Of a stretch of DNA of 64,000 nucleotides, positions 48,156 to 56,459 are shown piece after piece. The stretch lies in IMG/VR virus record IMGVR_UViG_3300024344_003081. The stretch is one strand, 5' to 3'. A model generated the notes under the pieces. That model searched no databases, was not told where the DNA came from, and saw only the letters and a list, made by a program, of their open reading frames with translations. The translations under genes and the position numbers were made by a program. The stretch is from a virus (lineage: Duplodnaviria > Caudoviricetes). Every line of letters starts with the position of its first letter. Positions within the stretch are counted from its first letter, which is position 1.

Positions 48156-49576
48156 TGGCTCATTTAGGACAAATCGATAGAAGATTTCCAGGACAAGTGG
48201 TTTTCACACGATATGTTACAGAAAATGCTGACTGGAAAAAATTAAAGCTGAGAATAGAAAATGGTCAGGTTGCCGAAATGTTTGAAGAAACTAATAACGC
48301 ATTAAACAGTATGAATGTTACTATTCAACCCAGAACAGACATAATATTACTTTCAGAGAAATATAAAGAATTTGAAAGAAGAAAGTATGCTAATATTGAA
48401 TATCAGAGAAAAAAAGGATATATATTAATTTCAAAAATAAGAAAACCTACAGACAATCTTAATTCAGAAAGACCGCAAAAATTACAAATATTAGCAGAAG
48501 ATTTTACAGAAAAAGGCGACAATGAAAAAATAACAGTACTTTCTAAAAAAGATGTTCCAGTAAAATTATTTAATACTTATGAAGATTTAAAAAAAAGTAT
48601 TGTTTGGGGTTTAGATAATAAAATTAGTAATAATGATTATCTTATAGAAAAAATAAAAACATATTTAGATAAAGATGATTTATCTGAAATTGATCTGAAT
48701 GGTATTGATGATAGTCATATTGATGAACTAGGTGTTTATTTTGGTGAGATTTTAATAGGAATATTAGCATTTAAAAATCAGTTATCAGATACTTGTACTC
48801 CTTCTGATATGTTTGGAATTAATTTGAAATCTTTTAGTATACCGACTGATCCTGCATTTAAACTTGTTGATAGTAGTTTGATATTTGATACAACTACTGT
48901 TAGCATATCGAGTAAATATGATAAGGGCTCCGCCGCATCATTTATGTCGAATGTTCTTCCTTATGGAATGAAATATTATACTGGTTATAGAGATTGTTTT
49001 TTTAAAAAAATGTGTCGAGTTGCATCTAATATGGGATATACATCAGAACAAGTAGGAGCAAGTAGATTTAAATATTCAAAAAATATAACATTTGAAGTTG
49101 GATTAAGAACAGTATTAAAAATAAAAAAATCAATTGTACAAAATACAAATCATTCTATTTATGAAAGTATTCGAAAAGTCGCAATGAATCAGACTCTTTC
49201 TCCAAAAGAAAATCAAGAAATTGATGATGTAATAGTAGCAATAGAAGATTATTTTATAAAGAGAAAAACTTTCGATGGAAGAGAACAAGTTATACAAACA
49301 ATAAGAAATAATTATCCCTTTACAATTACTTCTTTTTTTAATTATTCTGTGGCGAGTGTATTAAATAATGATAGGTTATCAAGAAAATATGTTCACGAAA
49401 TAATCGGTGGTAAAGATTTTTATCAAGCAAATTTAAATAAATCTAAATGGAGAAAAGGTATTATTGATATAAGAATGGTTTCTCCCAAATCTGCTACATT
49501 AAAAATATTAGGATCAATGTCAGGCGCTACAGATTTTACCGCAAAACAAGGTTTAGTAAATTACGAGTTAAAATAA
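48155..49576 (+). CDS. Putative free-standing PD-(D/E)XK-like endonuclease with N-terminal SH3-like segment
   Basis: YFGEILIG...P..P.F.LVD-x10-ISSK...G.AAS arrangement; GTG overlaps the gp16 TAG and its TAA overlaps the gp17 ATG. Confidence 0.5.
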   Translation: MAHLGQIDRRFPGQVVFTRYVTENADWKKLKLRIENGQVAEMFEETNNALNSMNVTIQPRTDIILLSEKYKEFERRKYANIEYQRKKGYILISKIRKPTDNLNSERPQKLQILAEDFTEKGDNEKITVLSKKDVPVKLFNTYEDLKKSIVWGLDNKISNNDYLIEKIKTYLDKDDLSEIDLNGIDDSHIDELGVYFGEILIGILAFKNQLSDTCTPSDMFGINLKSFSIPTDPAFKLVDSSLIFDTTTVSISSKYDKGSAASFMSNVLPYGMKYYTGYRDCFFKKMCRVASNMGYTSEQVGASRFKYSKNITFEVGLRTVLKIKKSIVQNTNHSIYESIRKVAMNQTLSPKENQEIDDVIVAIEDYFIKRKTFDGREQVIQTIRNNYPFTITSFFNYSVASVLNNDRLSRKYVHEIIGGKDFYQANLNKSKWRKGIIDIRMVSPKSATLKILGSMSGATDFTAKQGLVNYELK

Positions 49577-51219
49577 TGGCTAAAGATACTTACGCAGGAA
49601 ATCCTCTTCTTAAAGGGGCATATCAACCAGTAGAGTATGATAAAGAGACTATAGAAGAATATATTAGATGCTCTAATGATCCTGTACATTTTGCAAAACA
49701 GTATATGAAAATCGTTCATGTTGATCATGGTTTAATGCCTTTTGATTTGTATGATTATCAAGAAGAGATGGTTGAAACATTTCATAATAATCGTTTTGTT
49801 ATTTGTAAGATGCCTCGACAAACTGGAAAATCAACAACAATTGTTGCTTATTTATTACATTTTGCTCTTTTTAATGAACAAGCTAATATTGCTATATTAG
49901 CAAATAAAGGGTCTACTTCAAGAGAGATCCTTCAGAGATTAAAAACTGCATATGAGCATTTACCAAAATGGTTGCAACAAGGCGTAGTTGTTTGGAATAG
50001 AGGTAATATTGAATTAGAAAATGGTAGTAAAGTTATATCTGCTTCAACTTCTTCTTCAGCGGTTCGTGGATCGTCTTTTAATATTATTTTTATGGATGAG
50101 TTTGCACATATTGATCCACCAAGTTTAGCAGAAGATTTTTTCACTTCTGTATATCCTACAATTTCTTCTGGTGTCACCACTAAAGTTTTTATTGTTTCAA
50201 CTCCAAAAGGATTGAACATGTTTTATAAGATGTGGGTCGATGCTGAAGAGAAAAGAAGCAATTATATTCCCATTGAAGTTCATTGGTCTCAAACACCTGG
50301 AAGAGATCAAAAATGGAAAGAAGAAACAATAAAAAATACGAGTGAATTGCAATTTGCTCAAGAATATGAATGTGATTTTATTGGTTCACAAAATACATTA
50401 ATTTCTCCTTCTAAATTGAGACAAATGCCTTATAAACCACCTATTTCAAAGAGAGATAGTTTAGATGTATATGTTGAACCAGATCCTAAACATTCATATG
50501 TGTGTATAGTTGATGTTGCAAGAGGAAGAGGCCAAGATTATTCTGCATTTTCAATTATAGATGTTTCTCAATTTCCATATGAACAAGTTGCAAAATATAG
50601 AGATGAAAACATTTCTCCTATATTATTACCAAATGTTGTTGATAATGTGAGTAGATATTATAATTCTGCATATATTTTAGTTGAAATAAATGATATTGGT
50701 GGTCAAGTAGCAGATATTTTACATCACGATTTAGAATATCCTAATATTTTTCAAACAAGTGTTATGGGAAGATCGGGTCAAACTTTAGGGGGCGGATTCG
50801 GAAAAGGTTCGCAATTAGGAATTAGAACTACAAAAGAAGTTAAAAGAAAAGGGTGTTCTAGTTGTAAAGATTTGATAGAAGGGGATAAATTACTTGTTTG
50901 GGATTTAGACACTATTACTGAAATGACGACATATATTGCTAAAGGATCAAGTTATGAAGCAGATGAAGGATATCATGATGACTTGATGACAACTTTAATT
51001 TTGTTTGGTTGGTTAGTAAATCAAAAATATTTTACAGAAATTACAGATTTAGATTTACGTGAAAAAATGTTTAAAGAACAACTAGAAGAAGCAGAAGCAC
51101 AATTGATACCTTTTGGTTATATAAATGATGGAAGAGATTCTTATGAACCAGAAACAGTAAATATGGGTGGTGAAAAATGGGTAGTAGATAAAAAATATTC
51201 TACGGATTATCTACATTAA
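49576..51219 (+). CDS. gp17: Terminase large subunit gp17
   Basis: PRQTGKSTT Walker A, IFMDEFAH Walker B, DVARGRGQDYS, VEIND, HDDL. Confidence 0.97.
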   Translation: MAKDTYAGNPLLKGAYQPVEYDKETIEEYIRCSNDPVHFAKQYMKIVHVDHGLMPFDLYDYQEEMVETFHNNRFVICKMPRQTGKSTTIVAYLLHFALFNEQANIAILANKGSTSREILQRLKTAYEHLPKWLQQGVVVWNRGNIELENGSKVISASTSSSAVRGSSFNIIFMDEFAHIDPPSLAEDFFTSVYPTISSGVTTKVFIVSTPKGLNMFYKMWVDAEEKRSNYIPIEVHWSQTPGRDQKWKEETIKNTSELQFAQEYECDFIGSQNTLISPSKLRQMPYKPPISKRDSLDVYVEPDPKHSYVCIVDVARGRGQDYSAFSIIDVSQFPYEQVAKYRDENISPILLPNVVDNVSRYYNSAYILVEINDIGGQVADILHHDLEYPNIFQTSVMGRSGQTLGGGFGKGSQLGIRTTKEVKRKGCSSCKDLIEGDKLLVWDLDTITEMTTYIAKGSSYEADEGYHDDLMTTLILFGWLVNQKYFTEITDLDLREKMFKEQLEEAEAQLIPFGYINDGRDSYEPETVNMGGEKWVVDKKYSTDYLH

Positions 51220-51622
51220 TACGATGAATATTTTTAGGTTCTTTTATTTGATCAATTAATTTGTTTATATCGTGTTTTAAATCTGGTCTTAAATTTTTTA
51301 ATTTTTGTAAATATCTTATAGATTCATTGAATATCATTTCAGGATTAATTCTCAATTCATAAAATTTATTTCTCGTTTCACTTTTTGTAGTTAAATACAA
51401 ATGTTCTGGTTTTACACAATATGTATTGTTGCATGATTGATGAACTATTTTATTTCGTTCAATAGATCCCTTATAAGCAATATATGCAAATCTATGAGCA
51501 GGAATTGATTGTCCATCATATGAAAACATACCATATCCCTGTTTTGTTTTGCTTGCAGTCCAGAACCAACAATCATTTGTTTTTAAAATTTTATCTTCAA
51601 ATCTTTCAATAGCCTTCTTCAT
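51200..51622 (-). CDS. HNH (His-Cys box, HNH_3-like) endonuclease homologue, probably degenerate
   Basis: CW.WT, GYG, AHRFAY, SCNN..CV.P.HL; expected catalytic His and metal-ligand Asn appear replaced. Confidence 0.75.
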   Translation of the reverse strand: MKKAIERFEDKILKTNDCWFWTASKTKQGYGMFSYDGQSIPAHRFAYIAYKGSIERNKIVHQSCNNTYCVKPEHLYLTTKSETRNKFYELRINPEMIFNESIRYLQKLKNLRPDLKHDINKLIDQIKEPKNIHRINVDNP

Positions 51623-51627
51623 CTTAT

Positions 51628-51635
51628 TATTTATA
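51628..51635 (-). promoter_or_regulatory. Late promoter TATAAATA for the HNH-like gene
   Basis: TATTTATA on + strand 5 nt from the ATG at 51622. Confidence 0.6.
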
Positions 51636-51672
51636 TTACAATAAATAAAAACATCTCCAAAATCAGCTAAAA

Positions 51673-51680
51673 TATAAATA
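51673..51680 (+). promoter_or_regulatory. Late promoter TATAAATA for sheath/tube
   Basis: Exact consensus 46 nt upstream of gp18; GGGAG RBS follows. Confidence 0.7.
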
Positions 51681-51726
51681 TATTGGAAGCAAAAGATTTA
51701 TTCAAAATATTTTAGGGAGAGATAAT

Positions 51727-54042
51727 ATGGCCTTTCAAGTTAGTCCAGGAGTAGCCGTAGCAGAAATCGACTTAACCACTAGAGTATCCATTCCTTCTAT
51801 TTCAGATGGTGCTATAGCTGGTAATTTAACATGGGGTCCCTTGGAGGAGGCAACATTAGTTACTTCAGAAGATGAGCTGGTTTCAGTATTCGGTAAACCA
51901 AACGGAAATACATATAAAACATTTTTTAGTGCCGCAAGTTTTTTGAGTTATTCAAATAAACTAAGAATTGTTAGGGCGGCTAGTACATCAACTGCTAAAA
52001 ATGCAGTATCTGGTGGTACTGCAATGTTGATTCGAAACGATAGTGAATATCAAAATACATACATGTCCACAACAACTGCAGGAACAAGTTTTACAGCAAA
52101 ATATCCAGGAGTACTTGGAAATTCAATGAAAGTGTCTATATGTATTGCAGACAGAGCAAATACAATAGTTAGTGAGAGTGATGGTACTGTTAAACTAGCA
52201 AGTAATACAGATATTGCACTTACTGGTACATTTGCAAATAGTGATACTGGAGCAGGTATTACAGGAACAAGTACATTATTTGATACAGAATTAAGAGTTG
52301 GAGATGTTGTTGTAGAAGGTGGTTCAAACAGTAATGTAGGAATAGTAACTGCAATTACTTCTAATACTGTGGCAACAATTGCACAAGCTACTGGTGGTGC
52401 TGAAACTACAGGATTAATTGGTGGATCAGGTGTATCATTTGTAAGAAAAAAGAGATCAGCTTTTAAAGAACCAGCAACTAATATGCAAGGTTCTCTTAGT
52501 GCAACTGCAGGTTCTCAGGTAATTACAGGAACAGATACTAATTTTTCTCGACAAATTCATGTTGGAGATATTATTATATGCAATGATGATACTGGTGTTG
52601 AAGTACAACGAAGAGTGCAATCTGTTGGAAATACAACATCCATGACTATGGTATCCGCTTATGATAGAGCAATAACTACACAGAGTACTTGGAAAAGACA
52701 ATGGGAATATGCAGATTCTTTTGCACAACCACCTCTTACAAGTCCTTTTGCTTATAATAAAACTGGATCAGGAGATGTTGGAGATGAAATTCACGTTATA
52801 GTAGTAGATGAAGATGGCGATATTTTAGGAGCAAAAGATAAAAGAGGAGCAAAATCTACTTCAAATAGACAAGTTCTTGAAGCACATCCAAAAGTATCAG
52901 TAGCAAATGGTGCTACAGGATCTACTGGACAATCTGTGTATTATAAAGAAGCAATAAACAATAGTTCTAAATGGGTTAGATGGACAGATCATGATGCAAT
53001 GGGAGATGCTCCTACAGATGCAGGATCTAATAAAATTACTCTTGATTGGGGTAATACTCTTACTCAAGGAAATCTTAGTGCTAGATTTGCTGGATCTTTT
53101 AGTGGAGCAGGCTCAAATGGAATTATGACAGCCAGTCTTTCAGGAGGAGTTGATGGATATAGTTCTTCAGCTTCAGATGAAATTAATGCTTATAGTTATT
53201 TCAAAGATCCTGCAAAAATAGATGTTTCTTTAATAATTTCGGGAGAAGCATCAAATACTTTATGCACATATTTGATTAATGAAATAGCAGAAACTAGAAA
53301 AGATTGTGTTGTATTTGTTTCTCCTGAAGAAGCAGATGTTGTAAACAAAGAAGGAAGCGAAGTAACAAACGCAGTTGCTAGAAGGAATGCATTACCAAGC
53401 ACAAGTTATGCTGTTATGGATGGAAGTTACAAATACTTGTTTGACAGGTATAATTCTATTTATAGATGGGTTCCAATGAATGGCGATATTGCTGGAATTT
53501 GTGCCCAAGCAGATAATGTTAATCCTTATGTTTCTCCTGCGGGATTTACAAGAGGAAATATAAAAGGTGCAGAATTTATAGCATATATTCCGAATAATGC
53601 TGAAAGAGATGATTTGTATATAAATGGTATTAATCCAATAGCATCATTTCCTGGAAAAGGAAAAATCCTATTTGGTGATAAAACATTATTAGCAAGACCA
53701 TCATCTTTTGATAGAATTAATGTACGTAGACTTTTTATTATTCTAGAAAAAGCTATAGCAAATGCGGCTGAAAATTTGTTATTTGAATTTAACGATGAAT
53801 TTACACGATTAAATTTTATTTCTATAATAGAGCCTTTTTTAAGAGATGTTCAATCATCAAGAGGTATAGAAGCGTTTCAAGTAGTATGTGATGGAACAAA
53901 TAATACGCCTGCTGTTATAAATAGAAATGAGTTTAGAGGAGATATTTTCATTAAACCCACTAAATCTATTAACTTTATAGGATTAAACTTTGTTGCCGTG
54001 GCTTCTGGAGTAGAATTCTCTGAAGTGGTTAACGCAGTTTAA
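51727..54042 (+). CDS. gp18: Tail sheath gp18, with inserted beta modules
   Basis: MAFQVSPGV...E.DLT, WGP, FDRINVRRLFI.LEKAI, FEFND, FIKPT.SINFI.LNFVA. Confidence 0.97.
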   Translation: MAFQVSPGVAVAEIDLTTRVSIPSISDGAIAGNLTWGPLEEATLVTSEDELVSVFGKPNGNTYKTFFSAASFLSYSNKLRIVRAASTSTAKNAVSGGTAMLIRNDSEYQNTYMSTTTAGTSFTAKYPGVLGNSMKVSICIADRANTIVSESDGTVKLASNTDIALTGTFANSDTGAGITGTSTLFDTELRVGDVVVEGGSNSNVGIVTAITSNTVATIAQATGGAETTGLIGGSGVSFVRKKRSAFKEPATNMQGSLSATAGSQVITGTDTNFSRQIHVGDIIICNDDTGVEVQRRVQSVGNTTSMTMVSAYDRAITTQSTWKRQWEYADSFAQPPLTSPFAYNKTGSGDVGDEIHVIVVDEDGDILGAKDKRGAKSTSNRQVLEAHPKVSVANGATGSTGQSVYYKEAINNSSKWVRWTDHDAMGDAPTDAGSNKITLDWGNTLTQGNLSARFAGSFSGAGSNGIMTASLSGGVDGYSSSASDEINAYSYFKDPAKIDVSLIISGEASNTLCTYLINEIAETRKDCVVFVSPEEADVVNKEGSEVTNAVARRNALPSTSYAVMDGSYKYLFDRYNSIYRWVPMNGDIAGICAQADNVNPYVSPAGFTRGNIKGAEFIAYIPNNAERDDLYINGINPIASFPGKGKILFGDKTLLARPSSFDRINVRRLFIILEKAIANAAENLLFEFNDEFTRLNFISIIEPFLRDVQSSRGIEAFQVVCDGTNNTPAVINRNEFRGDIFIKPTKSINFIGLNFVAVASGVEFSEVVNAV

Positions 54043-54053
54043 GGAGAAAAGAA

Positions 54054-54635
54054 ATGGCTTTCAATATAGCAAATTTTAGACATGCAATGTATTATGATGG
54101 GCAAAGGCCCAATTTATTTCAAGTCACGATTGCTTCACAAGCTAATATCTTTGATGGAGGTGAATTAAATATGTTTGCTAAAGCGACTTCAATACCCGGT
54201 GCTACAATTGGAACAGTTATAGTGCCTTATTTTGGTAGAGAAGTTAAAATGGCAGGAAATAGAACTTTTCCAGAATGGACTGTGACTGTTATTAATGATG
54301 AAAATTTTGCGGCAAGATCACAATTTGAATTTTGGATGAATCAAATAAACAATCATTCAGACAATATTAGAGGCGCAGGACAATCATCCTCATCTTATGT
54401 CAGTACTGCAGAAGTTAAACAGTTTTCTAAAAACGGTTCTGCCACTGCAAGATATAGGTTTGTAAGCCTATTTCCAACTGATCTTTCAGAAATTACTCTG
54501 GATTGGGGTGATAATGATACTGTTGAAGAATATACTGTAACTTTTTCATATGATTATTGGACTCGTCATGCAGGTGGTATGAGTGCTGGTACGGGAACAG
54601 TAGCGCCAGATATTGAAACAAACACAGGTGGCTAA
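54054..54635 (+). CDS. gp19: Tail tube gp19
   Basis: RPNLF.V, PYFGR..K.AG.RTF..WTVT..NDE.F, LDW..ND..EE.TVTF.YDYW. Confidence 0.96.
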   Translation: MAFNIANFRHAMYYDGQRPNLFQVTIASQANIFDGGELNMFAKATSIPGATIGTVIVPYFGREVKMAGNRTFPEWTVTVINDENFAARSQFEFWMNQINNHSDNIRGAGQSSSSYVSTAEVKQFSKNGSATARYRFVSLFPTDLSEITLDWGDNDTVEEYTVTFSYDYWTRHAGGMSAGTGTVAPDIETNTGG

Positions 54636-54650
54636 TACCTCAAAAAACAT

Positions 54651-54728
54651 AATTTTCTGATTTTGCGAGTGAATAAATATAAATTAGTACAGTACTATTA
54701 TAATTATTTAACTCGCATTCAGGAAATT
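54651..54728 (+). promoter_or_regulatory. Long imperfect hairpin in the portal leader containing a late promoter and occluding the RBS
   Basis: AATTTTCTGA/TCAGGAAATT, TGCGAGT/ACTCGCA and TAGTA/TACTA stems; AATAAATA at 54672-54679; AGGA RBS lies in the 3' arm. Confidence 0.7.
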
Positions 54729-54730
54729 AC

Positions 54731-56413
54731 ATGCCTATTGAACTATTCGGTTTTTCAATCGGAAAAAAAGAACAAAAGAACGTAAAGGTTCAAACTTTTG
54801 CGGAAGCAGAATATGAAGATGGAGCATTGTCCGTAGCATCAGGTGGTGTTTATGGAACATATGTTGATACAGAAGGTGCTATAAAAAGCGAGTCTGAATT
54901 GATAAACAGATATCGTGATATGGGTCTTCAAGCAGAAGTAGAGAACGCTATTGATGACATTGTTAATGAAGCAATTGTATCATCAAAAGACAAACCCGTT
55001 GTAAGAATTAACGTAGATAATTTAAATGTTTCTGAACCCATTAGAGACAAACTAAGACTAGAATTCAAATCAATAAGTAAACTTTTAGATTTACAAAATT
55101 TAGGATCTGATGTTTTTAAGAGATGGTATATTGATGGTAGAGTTTATTATCATGTTATTGTTGATGAGAATAACTTAGAAAAGGGTATTCATGAATTAAG
55201 AATCTTAGATCCCAGAAAAATAAAGAAAATACGAGAAAAGAAAAAAGAAAAACAACCCGATGGTAAAACAAAAACCACGGTTTTAGAATATTATGTTTAT
55301 AATCAAAAGGGAATTTATCAATCACAAGGACAAGTAATCGGAACTGCTTTTACAAGTGCCGCCAGTGGTTTAAAGATATCTCCCGATTCGATTGTATATA
55401 CACATTCAGGACTAATGAATGCTACACGTTCATTAGTTTTATCCTACCTACACAAAGCAATCAAACCATTAAATCAATTAAGAATGATAGAAGATTCTCT
55501 GGTAATTTATCGTATTTCACGGGCTCCAGAAAGAAGAATTTTTTATGTTGATGTTGGTAATTTACCAAAATTAAAAGCAGAACAATACATGCGTGATTTA
55601 ATGACACGATACAAAAATAAACTTGTATATGATGCAAACACCGGTGAAGTTAGAGATGATAGAAAACATATGTCAATGCTTGAAGATTATTGGATGCCAA
55701 GAAGAGAAGGTGGAAGAGGAACAGAAATTTCTACCCTACCTGGTGGTTCAAATCTTGGAGATATTGAAGATGTATTATATTTTCAGAAAAAACTTTACAA
55801 ATCACTAGGTGTTCCTATTTCAAGACTTGAATCAGAAGCAAATTATACAATTGGCCGTGCTACAGAAATTTCAAGGGATGAAGTTAAATTTACACGGTTT
55901 GTTAATAAACTCCAAAGTAGATTTAGTTTAATGTTTGATGAGATTATGGAAAGACAATTAACACTCAAAGGCATAATGTCTAGAGAAGATTGGAAAAATG
56001 TTAAGAATGAAATATTTTATGAATTTGAAAACGATAGTCATTTTGCAGAAATAAAGCATAATGAACTTCTTCAAGATAGATTAAACATTTTAAGAGATTT
56101 ACAAGATTATGCTGGAAAATATTGGTCACATGAGTATATAAGAAAGCATATTTTGATGATGACTGATGATGAAGTTAAATCTAATGATGAGCAAATGCAA
56201 AAAGAATTAGATGATCCCAGATTTTCGGGAGAAGAAGAAATGCAATTTAATTCCGTAGAAGTAAATACGGACAATAAACAATATATCAATGAAGATATTG
56301 ATAAAAAAATTGAGGAGAAATTTGAAGTTGCGAAGAAAGAAAATGAGATTAAAGATAAAGTAAATGATATTCTTTTTTCTGTTTTAGAAGATGATGAAAA
56401 ATTTGTAAGTTAA
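54731..56413 (+). CDS. gp20: Portal vertex protein gp20 with charged C-terminal extension
   Basis: WYIDGR, EDSLVIYRISRAPERRIFYVDVGNLPK.KAEQY, EDYW.PRREGGRGTEI.TLPGG, EISRDE.KF. Confidence 0.98.
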   Translation: MPIELFGFSIGKKEQKNVKVQTFAEAEYEDGALSVASGGVYGTYVDTEGAIKSESELINRYRDMGLQAEVENAIDDIVNEAIVSSKDKPVVRINVDNLNVSEPIRDKLRLEFKSISKLLDLQNLGSDVFKRWYIDGRVYYHVIVDENNLEKGIHELRILDPRKIKKIREKKKEKQPDGKTKTTVLEYYVYNQKGIYQSQGQVIGTAFTSAASGLKISPDSIVYTHSGLMNATRSLVLSYLHKAIKPLNQLRMIEDSLVIYRISRAPERRIFYVDVGNLPKLKAEQYMRDLMTRYKNKLVYDANTGEVRDDRKHMSMLEDYWMPRREGGRGTEISTLPGGSNLGDIEDVLYFQKKLYKSLGVPISRLESEANYTIGRATEISRDEVKFTRFVNKLQSRFSLMFDEIMERQLTLKGIMSREDWKNVKNEIFYEFENDSHFAEIKHNELLQDRLNILRDLQDYAGKYWSHEYIRKHILMMTDDEVKSNDEQMQKELDDPRFSGEEEMQFNSVEVNTDNKQYINEDIDKKIEEKFEVAKKENEIKDKVNDILFSVLEDDEKFVS

Positions 56414-56459
56414 AAATTTATAAATTGATTCTGGTGAAGATTTAGGTGCAGAGACATAA

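Noticed and set aside
1131-55808. Short overlapping ORFs (60-135 aa) inside GT, tail, baseplate and portal genes
   Set aside because: Fully nested in well-supported genes, with no motifs or translation signals
49576-56413. Intron or intein in terminase, sheath or portal
   Set aside because: All three ORFs are continuous, with no Cys/Ser...His-Asn intein ends or group I intron interruption visible
56414-56459. Intergenic stretch reading IDSGEDLGAET-stop, suggesting a frameshifted portal tail or portal-fibre fusion
   Set aside because: That frame is closed by TAA at 56421 and 56457, there is no slippery site, and a TATAAATT near-promoter explains the gap equally well
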